DNA from: Dehalococcoidia bacterium
GTDB taxonomy: Bacteria > Chloroflexota > Dehalococcoidia > Lucifugimonadales > UBA3495
Assembly (NCBI GenBank): GCA_965215975.1
Contig: OZ244136.1
Location: forward strand, 1,252,412 to 1,316,411
Direction of reading: 5' to 3'
DNA length: 64,000 nt
Positions 50,897-60,496 of this stretch are shown here, piece by piece. How positions within the stretch are numbered: position 1 is the stretch's first letter; every line of letters starts with the position of its first letter. Made by a program: the position numbers and the translations under genes. Under the pieces are notes generated by a model. The model made no database searches. It saw only the letters and a program-made list of their open reading frames with translations, and was not told the DNA's origin.

Positions 50897-51094
50897 AGTT
50901 TCTCCGAGCGTCGTTAAGGAACGCTTTCCATCACTATTAAGAGGCCGCGGTACCAGGTCCCGCCGGGTGTCGCTATATTCTTGCTCCACGATTTTATTCC
51001 ACACTTCCCCTTTGCCGGAACCATAACCCCTACGCATAAATCTTGAAATCGCTGCGAGGCTCACGTTTTTGGTAGAGTGGAGTTGGACACCATT

Positions 51095-51717
51095 ATGCCC
51101 TGTTCTCGCTTTCTTATACCAACACTAATACGCACCGCCATTGTGGTTACTCTGTTTGCGGCGGGGTTGCTGGCCTACTCACCCATGCCCAGCCGGCCCA
51201 CGCCTGTTCGTGTGCCAGAAGCGGTTCGCCGTCCGAGGCAATGGAACATGCGGACATGGTGTTCGCGGGCCAAGTGTCTTCAATGGCAGTCCACCGCAAA
51301 AGCCCCTTCACTTTCTCCGGAGACGATCCCGTTACCGTGGAGTTCCAAGTCAACCAGGTCTGGAAGGGGCCGCGAAACGACGTTTTGACCGTCCAGACAG
51401 AATGGATGGAAATATCCTGCGGCTACGAGTTTGAGGAGGGCGGGAGGTATATTGTCTATGCCCACGAGGGTTGGACGGGTCTCTGCACCCGTACCAAGCC
51501 GACCTGGGGGGCCATTGTGGATTTTACGGTACTGGGCGAAGGTTGGAGACCGGGGCAGCCAATCGAACAGCCTGAAGTTACGGCGCCAGGTAGTACCGGC
51601 AGGGGAGCAGGTTGCGCCTTACCGGCGAGGGCCGACGTCGGCGCGGTTGACCTTGCGTTTCTGCTTCTGATGGGCATGGTTGCGGGTCTGGTTGTCCGCC
51701 GCCCCCCCTACAAATAA
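51095..51717 (+). pseudogene. Secreted TIMP/NTR-like protein with C-terminal anchor, frameshifted in a G run at about 51163-51166
   Basis: Signal MPCSRFLIPTLIRTAIVVTLFAAG joins AHA-CSC-ARSG..ADMVFAGQV..SCGYEF..YIVYA..CTRT in another frame. Confidence 0.7.
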
Positions 51718-51724
51718 TGAACGG

Positions 51725-51809
51725 TAGCCACCCCCTACCCCTGATGTAAAATGGCCCCCTAACCTGACACTTAACTGCAAAGGAGTTTTTCCATGATTGA
51801 GGTTTCCTT
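51725..51809 (+). repeat. Direct repeat of the promoter/RBS/first codons of the EthD gene (pairs with 52519-52604)
   Basis: CCCCTACCCCTGATGTAAAATGGCCCCCTAACCTGACACTTAAC..AAAGGAGTTT..ATGATT.AGGTTTCCTT twice, about 5 differences. Confidence 0.92.
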
Positions 51810-51941
51810 ACAGATATAAAGAATTGCAAGTCTCCAGAAGACGGCCACGTACCGGCAGCAGGCCCTTTGACCGAATAGCTCCAAGAGAGGAAGATGAAGA
51901 GGAAGCCACCAACATCCATTCCGCGAACTGGAGGAAGAGAG

Positions 51942-52187
51942 ATGGACATCTACCAGTTGGATTACGTCCTGCACGAACCTGAGGAGAGCGAAGGCTGGAT
52001 GTACCTGGCGGAGGTCCCGGCTCTCCAGGGGTGCATGGCATGGGGAGATACCCCGGCAGAGACTTTGCAAGAGCTTCAGGATGTGGCCCGCACACTGATT
52101 GAACTTCGCAAGGAGAACGGAGAACCCATACCCGAAGAGCTGATTCGATACAGCAGCCCCAAGGGCAGTCTGACAATTACTGCATGA
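51942..52187 (+). CDS. hicB: HicB-family antitoxin
   Basis: YLAEVPALQGCMAWGDTPAETLQELQDV..ENGEPIP. Confidence 0.88.
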   Translation: MDIYQLDYVLHEPEESEGWMYLAEVPALQGCMAWGDTPAETLQELQDVARTLIELRKENGEPIPEELIRYSSPKGSLTITA

Positions 52188-52393
52188 CCTACGAGGAACT
52201 GCGCAGGAAGCTGGAGAGCCTCGGCTGCAGTTTCCAGCGGCAAGGCAGGGGATCCCACGAAATCTGGCTGAACCCGTCAAACGGGCTGCGAACTCCCATC
52301 CCCAGGCACGGGAACAGAGACCTGGCCACCGGAACCCTGCACCGCATCCGCAGAAACCTGGACATATCCAGGTCCGACTTCGACCGGGCATAG
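52184..52393 (+). CDS. hicA: HicA-family toxin
   Basis: RQGRGSHEIW..IPRHGNRDLATGTLHRIRRNL; ATGA overlap. Confidence 0.9.
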   Translation: MTYEELRRKLESLGCSFQRQGRGSHEIWLNPSNGLRTPIPRHGNRDLATGTLHRIRRNLDISRSDFDRA

Positions 52394-52587
52394 CCGCACC
52401 TCACGCTCCCTCTCTCCACACCTGTGGAGCAGCCAGCCGCAATGCACCCCCTGTAACAACTGAAAAAGAGAATCCTCAAAAGAGAGGGTTTCTCAACCCT
52501 GCTACAAATGGTGCTAGCTAGCCACTCCCCTACCCCTGATGTAAAATGGCCCCCTAACCTGACACTTAACCGCAAAGGAGTTTCCCC

Positions 52588-52899
52588 ATGATTAAGGTTT
52601 CCTTCCTTTACGCCAACGAAGAGGGCAAGAATTTTAATATGGACTACTACACGGGCACGCATATGCCCATGGTGCACCAGCGGCTGGACTCGATGGGACT
52701 GCTGCGGAGCGAGATTGAGACCGGCGTAAGTTCCGCCGACCCCAACGCTCCGGCGCCCTTTGTCGCCGTGGGCAATCTTTACTTCAACACCACCGACGAG
52801 GTCCACGAGGGGTTCAAGACCCACGGTCGGGAGTTGATGGGCGACACGGCCAACTACACCGACATTCGCCCGCAAATCCAGATCAGCGAACTGGTTTAG
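52588..52899 (+). CDS. EthD-family protein
   Basis: MIKVSFLY..FNMDYYTGTHMPMV..DTANYTDIRPQIQISE. Confidence 0.88.
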   Translation: MIKVSFLYANEEGKNFNMDYYTGTHMPMVHQRLDSMGLLRSEIETGVSSADPNAPAPFVAVGNLYFNTTDEVHEGFKTHGRELMGDTANYTDIRPQIQISELV

Positions 52900-53043
52900 T
52901 TTTCCCACGAATGGGCACGAATGTTCACTAACGGGTTTGTTTGGATTTGGAGTGACCGGCCTCAGGAACGCAGTCTTTGTCCGAATGAAATCGAGTGATA
53001 ATATTCGTGCCCATTGGTATTTATTCGTGAATAGCGAGAAGAA

Positions 53044-54723
53044 ATGATGAACGCCGCCTTTGACAACCTGGCCCAGCGGTTGGTCAAGGAGCACTGGGAC
53101 TTTTACCCCACCGCCGGTTCCCGCATTGGCCGCCACGAGTATGACGGGCAACTGCCCGACCTGTCGGCGCACCGGATTACGCGACGCGTTGAGGAACTGA
53201 GGCGCGGCCTGGCCCAACTATCGGGACTGGCTGACAACAGGGGGGCGGGCGGCAACGGGAGTGAAGCAGAAGACCGGCTGACCCACCGGCTGCTGGAACT
53301 GTTTCTGCGGAGGGAGCTGTTCAACCTGGAGGAGATGCGGCCGCTGGAGAACAATCCCATGCGGCAGGTGGGCTACCTGAACGTGGGCGGCTACGTGAAG
53401 CGGGACTACGCTCCGCTGGCGGACCGGCTGCGCAGCGCAACCCAGGCCATGGAGCAGGCGCCTGACTTCCTGCAGATGGTTGATGCGGCCCTGACCGCTG
53501 AGGTGAGCCGTCCGGTGCTGGAGATGAGCATCGAGAGCTACCGGGGGATGAGCCGCTTTTACCGGGTGGACCTGGACCAGTCGGGTAGCGGCGTGGGCGA
53601 CACCGAAACCCTGAGCCGGTTTGACCAGGCGCGGGAACGGGCGGCGCAGGCGTTGGACGGTTTTGTCGTAAAGCTGGAGGGACGGCTGAACCAACTGCCG
53701 GAGGGAACCCAAGGGGACTTTGCCATCGGCTCCCGCCTGTACTCGGACATGCTGGCGTACGGGGAGGGCGTGAATGTACCGCTGAACGACCTGATCACCC
53801 TGGGCCAGGCCAACATGGAACGGAACCTGGAACTGCTGGCCGAGGCCACGGCGGCCATAGGGCCCGGGCGCAGCATTCGGGAGATTGTCGGGGAGATTGG
53901 CCGGAACCATCCCGCCGCCGTGGAACTGATACCGGAGACCCAGGCCATGCTGGAGGATATCCGGCAGTCGCTGCTGGACTTTGACATCATTTCCCTGCCC
54001 TCGGAGGACCGGTGCCAGGTTATTGAGACCCCCACTTACATGCGGTATGCCTTCGCCGCCATGGACAGCCCGGGATCGCTGGAGACCCAGGCCACCGAAT
54101 CCTTCTACTATGTCACGCCGGTAGAGGATACGTGGACGGCCACCCAGGCAGAGGAGTGGCTGACCAACTTCAACTATGACACCCTGCGCATCGTGTCCAT
54201 CCACGAGGTGTATCCCGGCCACTTTGTACACCACCTGCACAACAGCTACGGGCGCCCGTTGCCGCTGGTCAACCGGGTGACTTCCTCCTACGCCTTCACC
54301 GAGGGCTGGGCGCACTACACGGAAGAAATGATGCTGGAGACAGACTATGCCAAGGGGCAGGCGGCGTTGCTGGTAACGCAGTTGCTGGAGGCCCTGGTGC
54401 GGAACTGTCGCTACCTGTGTGCCCTGGGGATGCACACGCAGGGCATGACGGTAGACGAGGCCACCCGGTTCTTTATGGAAAACGCCTATATGGAGGAGCT
54501 GCCGGCGCGGCGGGAGGCACTGCGCGGGACGTTTGACCCGGGCTACCTGAACTACACACTGGGCAAGCTGATGATCCTGAAGCTGCGGGATGACTACCGG
54601 CGGGAACAGGGTGCGGCATATTCACTGAAGGGCTTCCACGACCGGTTGCTGTCCTATGGGGCGCCGCCGCTGCCGCTGTTGCGGGAGGTTATGCTGGCTG
54701 ATCCGGGAGATGGGCCGTTGTAG
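53044..54723 (+). CDS. DUF885 metallopeptidase-like protein
   Basis: HEVYPGH, FTEGWAHYTE, YLNYTLGKL, FHDRLL. Confidence 0.88.
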   Translation: MMNAAFDNLAQRLVKEHWDFYPTAGSRIGRHEYDGQLPDLSAHRITRRVEELRRGLAQLSGLADNRGAGGNGSEAEDRLTHRLLELFLRRELFNLEEMRPLENNPMRQVGYLNVGGYVKRDYAPLADRLRSATQAMEQAPDFLQMVDAALTAEVSRPVLEMSIESYRGMSRFYRVDLDQSGSGVGDTETLSRFDQARERAAQALDGFVVKLEGRLNQLPEGTQGDFAIGSRLYSDMLAYGEGVNVPLNDLITLGQANMERNLELLAEATAAIGPGRSIREIVGEIGRNHPAAVELIPETQAMLEDIRQSLLDFDIISLPSEDRCQVIETPTYMRYAFAAMDSPGSLETQATESFYYVTPVEDTWTATQAEEWLTNFNYDTLRIVSIHEVYPGHFVHHLHNSYGRPLPLVNRVTSSYAFTEGWAHYTEEMMLETDYAKGQAALLVTQLLEALVRNCRYLCALGMHTQGMTVDEATRFFMENAYMEELPARREALRGTFDPGYLNYTLGKLMILKLRDDYRREQGAAYSLKGFHDRLLSYGAPPLPLLREVMLADPGDGPL

Positions 54724-54773
54724 ACTGGAGGCGTCCAGAAGGGTTTATCCACGAAGAGAAGGAAGTGAGAGAA

Positions 54774-54995
54774 ATGGCGGAAATATCGGCCACCATTCCG
54801 GACGAACTTGTTGAAGCCTTGGACGCAGCCTTGGCGGCAACCAACCAGAGCAGGAATGACCTGATACGGCAAGCCGTGGAAAGCTATCTGGAAGACCTGC
54901 AGGATGCGGCCTTGCCGATGGACCGACTGAACGATGAAAACGACAGTTTCCTCGACTGGGAAGAGGTAAAGCGTGACCTGCTCGGTCAGGATTAA
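54774..54995 (+). CDS. Ribbon-helix-helix (CopG/RelB-like) antitoxin
   Basis: ISATIPDELVEALD..SRNDLIRQAVESYLEDLQD..LDWEEVKRDL. Confidence 0.82.
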   Translation: MAEISATIPDELVEALDAALAATNQSRNDLIRQAVESYLEDLQDAALPMDRLNDENDSFLDWEEVKRDLLGQD

Positions 54996-55046
54996 GGAAT
55001 ACGCTGCCAAGCGACTAAAATGATTGGATCAACCTCATCCTCTTAG
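54973..55046 (+). pseudogene. RelE-like toxin 5' remnant truncated by IS701
   Basis: GTG start overlapping the antitoxin end: MTCSVRIKEYAAKRLK*LDQPHPL, then the IS end. Confidence 0.6.
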
Positions 55047-56526
55047 TATTACAACGACAGTGCAATGGGGATATTTCTAGATGCGCGCAAAGCCGACCGG
55101 CGCTTGGCATGGGAGAGACTGGATCGCTCGTTGCTATACTGCGTCTGCTTCAGCTACCGCAGCAGTTCAGCCGGCCCGAACCGTTCCCTGGGCAGCATCT
55201 CCAGCACCACCCGGTAGACCCCCGTTTACACGGTGGCAGGCTCTGCGGCCTCGTGATCCGGGGCATCTTTTCCCCCCCAAGCCTGCTGCAGGCTCAGCAG
55301 GAAGGCTCCGCCCAGCAGGCACAGGGCCACATGATGATGCCAGCCAGACCAGGTACGGGTCTCGTACTCGTCCAGGCCCACGTCGCTCTTTTCCGTCTTA
55401 AACTCCGTCGCAATGCGCCACATGGAGCCTCCCACGTATGCCAGGGCCTCCAACGGTGTATCCTCCGGAGCGTTGGACAGGTAGTAGCGGGGTTCGCTGC
55501 CATCCAGGTTCCGGCGGTAGACGGCCCAGTGGATTTCTCCGGGCTTCCTTTTGCTGCTGGGCCGCACCCGCTGGGCGCTGAACTGGTAAGTCCGGGGCCC
55601 CTGGCTTCCCTCGGCCACCGTGATCTCCTGCCAGGCATCTTCCGGCAATGCGTTGCTGCGCTCCCCCATGGTGCGCCGCTGACCGGCCACCAGCCTGGGC
55701 TTGGGAGGGCCGCCCCGTCCCCGGTAGACCAGGGTGGACCGCTCCGGTTCCGCCGGCCACACCGTAAATCCCTCCGGAACGTCCAGGACGTAGCACATCC
55801 CCAGGGCCGCCAGCCCCTCCCTGAAGGACGGCGATATCCCGAAGACGTCGTCTGCCGCAACCCAGCCGGCCTGCAGTTGCCCCCGCGCCAAGGCCCGCTC
55901 CAGCAACTCCAGGGCCAACGCCGTCTTCGACTGGTAGCCCTGCCTCTCTTGGGGCACACCCGCTGCCGCACAACGGTCTTTGTCGGACGTCCAGCTCTCC
56001 GGCAAATACAGTCCCTTGTCCACCAACGCCCGTCCCAGCGGACTGACATAGCCCAGGAACATCCCCGACTGGCAGTTGGCCACCTTGCCCAACCTGCCGC
56101 AGTACTGTCTCGCCACTCCCGCCGACTTCCTCCCCTGCTTGGGGAAATCGCTGCCGTCCAGCACCCACACCGCCTCAGGGTGCTCCAGTTTTGGCCCCAG
56201 GTATTCCTGCAGCCGTCCTGTAACCGCGTCATCGTCCCAGGGAGAGTCGGTGAGAAACCGCTGCATACCCCGGGCGGAGTCAGGGACCGTCTCCGCTAGA
56301 TTCTCGGCGTTGCGCCGCTCTTCGGATTGAACCAGCAGGGCTTGCAGATAATGGCCGCTGCGCTCCCGGGTCTCCCTCCGGCCAAACAGCCCAGCAAAGT
56401 AGGCGTGAAACTCCTGAAAGTCCTGGTATACCTGCTCGAAAGCTGCCGCATCCACTTCCCTGCCTCACCTGCCCAAGCCTGCCCAAACTTCCCAGTCATC
56501 TTTTCATGCCATATGTCGTTGTAATA
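55047..56526 (-). mobile_element. IS701 copy 4; transposase 55226-56455, ORF B disrupted by a 23-bp insertion
   Basis: Ends TATTACAACGACAG.. / ..TGTCGTTGTAATA; flanks TTAG and CTAG. Confidence 0.9.
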
Positions 56527-56530
56527 CTAG

Positions 56531-57988
56531 TATTACAACGACAGTTTAGGGAGGGATGGTGGAGTGGGCGCGAAAGGCCGCGCGGCGTTTGGCGTGAGAC
56601 CGACTGGCTCGCTCGTTGCATTCTTGCGTCTGCTCCAGCCACCGCAGCAGTTCAGCCGGCCCGAACCGTTCCCGGGGCAGCATCTCCCGCACCACCCGGT
56701 AGACCTGCGGTCTCGTGATCCGGGGCATCTTTTTCCCCCCAAGCCTGTTGCAGGCCCAGGAGAAAAGCCCCGCCCAGCAGACACAGGGCCACGTGGTGAT
56801 GCCATCCCGCCCAGGTGCGGGTCTCGTACTCGTCCAGTCCCACGTCGCTCTTTTCCGTCTCGAACTCCGTTTCTATTCTCCACCGGGAACCGCCCACGTA
56901 GGCCAGGGTCTCCAACGGTGTATCCTCCGGAGCATTGGACAGGTAGTAGCGCGGTTCGCTGCCGTCCAGGTTCCGGCGGTAGACGGCCCAGTGGATTTCA
57001 CCGGGCTTGCGCCGGCTGCTGGGCCGCACCCGCTGGGCGCTGAACAGGTAGCTGCGGGGGCCCTGGCTTCCCTCCGCCACCGTAATCTCCCGCCAGGCAC
57101 CCTCCGGCAATTCAGCGCTGCGCTCCTCCATGGTCCGCCGCTGTCCGGCCACGAGCCTGGGCTTGGGAGGCCCACCCCGTCCCCGGTAGACCGGAGTGGT
57201 CCACTCCGGTTCCTCCGGCCACACCATAAAGCCCGCCGGCACGTCCAGGACGTAGCGCATTCCCAAGGTTGCCAACCCGTCGCGGAAGGACGGCGACATG
57301 CCGAAGGCGTCGTCTGCAGCGACCCAGCCGGCCCTCAGATGGCCCAACTCTACTGCCTGCTCCAGCATCTCCAAAGCCAGTCCCGTCTTCGAACGGTAGC
57401 CCCGTCTCTCCTCCGGAACCCCCGCCGCCGCACAACGATCTTGGTCCGACGTCCAGCTCTCCGGCAAATACAGTCCCTTGTCCACCAGAGCCCGTCCCAG
57501 CGGGCTCACGTAGGCCAAGAACAGCCCAGCCTGGCAATTGGCCACCTTGCCCAGCCTGCCGCAGTACTGCCGGGCCACTCCCGCCGACTTCCTCCCCTGC
57601 TTGGGAAAGTCGCTGCCGTCCAGCACCCACACCGCCTCAGGATGCTCCAGCCGGGTTCCCAGGTACTCCTGCAGCCGCCCTATAACCGCCTCGTAGTCCC
57701 AGGGAGAGTCGGTGAGAAACCGCTGCATCCCCCGGGCGGACTCGGGAACCGTCTCCGATAGATTCTCGGCGTTGCGCCGCTCCCCGGACTGCACCAGCAG
57801 GGCTTGCAGATAATGGCCGCTGCGCTCCCGGGTCTCCCTCCGGCCAAACAGCCCAGCGAAGTAAGCGTGAAATTCCTGAAAGTCCTGGTATACCTGCTCG
57901 AAAGCCGCTGCATCCACTTCCCTGCCTCACCCGATCAAACCTTCCCCAACCTCGGAGTGATCTTATCACGCCAACTGTCGTTGTAATA
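56531..57988 (-). mobile_element. IS701 copy 5; ORF A 56652-57917, ORF B 56546-56728
   Basis: Perfect IRs TATTACAACGACAGTT / AACTGTCGTTGTAATA, CTAG on both sides. Confidence 0.92.
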
Positions 57989-57992
57989 CTAG

Positions 57993-58065
57993 CAGTCTGT
58001 CCAGGGATTATCTTCAGGCGGCCATCGGGGGACGGCGCAGGTTGGTGAATGGCGGCAGGTTCAAG
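57993..58065 (-). mobile_element. About 73-bp end remnant of IS1182 element A
   Basis: Near-identical to 2750-2822 (CAG.CTGTCC.GGGATTATCTT.AGGCGGCCATCGGGGGACGGCGCAGG...). Confidence 0.88.
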
Positions 58066-58453
58066 AAGCAGTGACAACCAGAGTCAACGGCAACAGGTTA
58101 AGTAGAGAGTATGAACTTCAGGTAAAGCAAAGCCGCTAAGTGATACGGGAACATTTTACGAGAACCTTTCAATATTTCCAGGGGCTCTCTGGGTAGGCAT
58201 GGTTACAGAATATTCCACACCCAGGAAGACTATTCAACGTCCCAATACTTGCAAACAGGCAAGAAGCTAAATGTGCCAAACGGAGGAATATCCAACCTTC
58301 CCGGCTACAAGCATGTTAGGTAGCTGGCCTCTAATTGCCCTTCTTGGGAAACCAGCCGACCCAAGGAATGGCCGGTGCCCCCATCCTTGACCCAAGCCGT
58401 GCCTCCGGGTAGGATTGTGCTACCAATACGGGATGCTTGGAGGCTACATTTCT

Positions 58454-59236
58454 ATGCCCGCAAACTTTACTGAAGAATTTGTCGAGGTTGGCGGTTCAAA
58501 GGTGCAACTGCGCAAGGGAGGCTCCGGCGACCCCCTGCTGGTATTGCACGGCGCCGGCGGCAGTGGCGGCTGGCTGCGCTACCTCGACGCCCTGGCAGAG
58601 CGCTTTACCGTCTATCTTCCTTCCCACCCCGGCTTTGACGAATCGGAGCGGCCCGAGTGGATGGAGACCATGAACGACATGGCCTGCTTCTACAACTGGT
58701 TCGTGGAGAGCCAGGGTCTGCAGGGTTGCCGCGCCATGGGCTTTTCCATGGGTGGCTGGCTGGCCTCGGAGATGGTAGCGGCGGCGGGACCCGTCTTCAG
58801 CAAGCTGATGCTGGTGGGCTCCGTGGGCATCAAGCCCAACGAAGGCGAAATCGCTGACGTTTTCATCATTACCCCCGCCCAGGTTATCGACCTGCTGTTC
58901 CACGATCCGTCGCAGGCGCCCGAGTACGATCAGGTCTTCGGCCAGGCGCCCACGCCGGAAATGATGGCAATGCTGGAGCGCAATCGCGAAATGTCGGTGC
59001 GCATCTGCTGGAAGCCCTACATGCACGACCTCAGCCTGGCCAACCGTCTGGCCCGGGTCAACATTCCCACCCGCATCGTCTGGGGACGGAACGACAAGCT
59101 GGCCCCGGTGGAATGCGGCCACCTGTTCGAACAGGCCATCCCCGGCTCCGACCTCGTAGTCATAGACAACTGCGGCCACTTGCCCCAGATGGAAAAACCC
59201 GACGAGTTCCTGCAGGCCGCCAATTCGTTCCTGTAA
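58454..59236 (+). CDS. Alpha/beta hydrolase
   Basis: LVLHGAGG, GFSMGG nucleophile elbow, WGRNDKL, CGHLP. Confidence 0.9.
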   Translation: MPANFTEEFVEVGGSKVQLRKGGSGDPLLVLHGAGGSGGWLRYLDALAERFTVYLPSHPGFDESERPEWMETMNDMACFYNWFVESQGLQGCRAMGFSMGGWLASEMVAAAGPVFSKLMLVGSVGIKPNEGEIADVFIITPAQVIDLLFHDPSQAPEYDQVFGQAPTPEMMAMLERNREMSVRICWKPYMHDLSLANRLARVNIPTRIVWGRNDKLAPVECGHLFEQAIPGSDLVVIDNCGHLPQMEKPDEFLQAANSFL

Positions 59237-59334
59237 ACAGGAAAGGCAAGAATCAGGAGCTAAGAACTTTAGCTATCAGGGAATCCATTCTTAATTCCTG
59301 ATTCGCAATTCTTAATTAACCAAGGGGGGCCATC

Positions 59335-60411
59335 GTGCTGCCACGATTCCGAGTTAACCTGGATGAAGCCATTTCCGTGTCCGGCGACGACCTCAAGGCT
59401 ACAGTCGCCTCCATTTTCGAGAAGGTGGGTGTGCCGCCGGAGGATGCCGAGGTGGGTGCCGATGTGTTGGTGCTGGCCGACCTTCGGGGCGTTGACAGTC
59501 ACGGCGTTTCCAACATGCTGCGGAGCTATCTGGGCGGCTACCAGCGGGGCGAAATCAACCCCCGGCCCAACATGAGCATTGTTCGGGAGACCGCCGCCAC
59601 CGCCAGCGTCGATTCGGATCGGGGATTGGGCACCATCGTAACCCCCAAGGCCATGGAAATCGCCATCCGCAAGGCGAAGGAAGTGGGCGTTGGCATGGTC
59701 ACCATTGGCAACTCCCGCCACCTGGGCATGGCCTCCTACCACGCCATGCTGGCCCTTGAACACGATATGATTGGCATCTGCATGACCAGCGCGCCGCCCC
59801 GCATGGTGCCAACCTTCGGCGCCGAGCCCCGGCTGGGCACCAACCCCATCGCGGTTGCCGTCCCCGCTCGCAACGAGCCGCCTTTCGTATTTGACGCCGC
59901 CACCAGCTCAGTGGCCCAGAACAAGATAGAAATTGCCCGCCGCCTGGGCGCCGACCTGGAGCCCGGCTGGCTGGCCACCGAGGACGGCACCCCCATCATG
60001 GAGGAAGTGCCCGTCCCCGAGACCTACCACCTGCTGCCCGTGGGCGCAACCCGCGAACTGGGCTCCCACAAGGGCTACGGCCTGGCCTGCGTGGTGGACA
60101 TCTTCGCCGGAGTGCTCACCGGCTTCGGCTATGGCGCGGTGCCCGGGCGCCCCAACTTCGGCCACTATGTCGCCGCCTACAATATTTCCGGTTTCGACGA
60201 CCCCGACCACTTCAAGGACGAGATGGACGGCTGGCTCCAGATGATGAAGAGCACCAAGCCGGCCCCGGGCCATGAGCGGGTGCTGGTAGCAGGCCAGCCC
60301 GAGGCTGAGATGGAAGCCGTCCGCCGCAAGGACGGTATTCCTCTGCATCCCGAGGTAGTCCAGTTTATGCGCGACACCTGCGCTGAGTTGTCGGTTCGGT
60401 GTTTGTTCTAG
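59335..60411 (+). CDS. Ldh_2 (malate/L-lactate/ureidoglycolate dehydrogenase) family oxidoreductase
   Basis: ADLRGVDSHG, NSRHLG, LGTNPIA, FDAATS, GSHKGYGL. Confidence 0.9.
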   Translation: MLPRFRVNLDEAISVSGDDLKATVASIFEKVGVPPEDAEVGADVLVLADLRGVDSHGVSNMLRSYLGGYQRGEINPRPNMSIVRETAATASVDSDRGLGTIVTPKAMEIAIRKAKEVGVGMVTIGNSRHLGMASYHAMLALEHDMIGICMTSAPPRMVPTFGAEPRLGTNPIAVAVPARNEPPFVFDAATSSVAQNKIEIARRLGADLEPGWLATEDGTPIMEEVPVPETYHLLPVGATRELGSHKGYGLACVVDIFAGVLTGFGYGAVPGRPNFGHYVAAYNISGFDDPDHFKDEMDGWLQMMKSTKPAPGHERVLVAGQPEAEMEAVRRKDGIPLHPEVVQFMRDTCAELSVRCLF

Positions 60412-60496
60412 CGCTTCCGGAACACTCTCTGGCATTTCGAGGTACGCTGAATTTCGATGGCGTACCTCATTTTCATTTATTTAAGCGAGGGAGCCC

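Noticed and set aside
55021..55023. Selenocysteine UGA in the RelE-like fragment
   Set aside because: The position looks like a basic residue (CGA>TGA), not a Cys site; the gene is truncated 23 nt later
58066..58325. Continuation of the RelE toxin after the IS stack
   Set aside because: No RelE motifs; at best the 3' remnant of an unrelated low-GC gene (GRHGYRIFHTQEDY...GYKHVR*)
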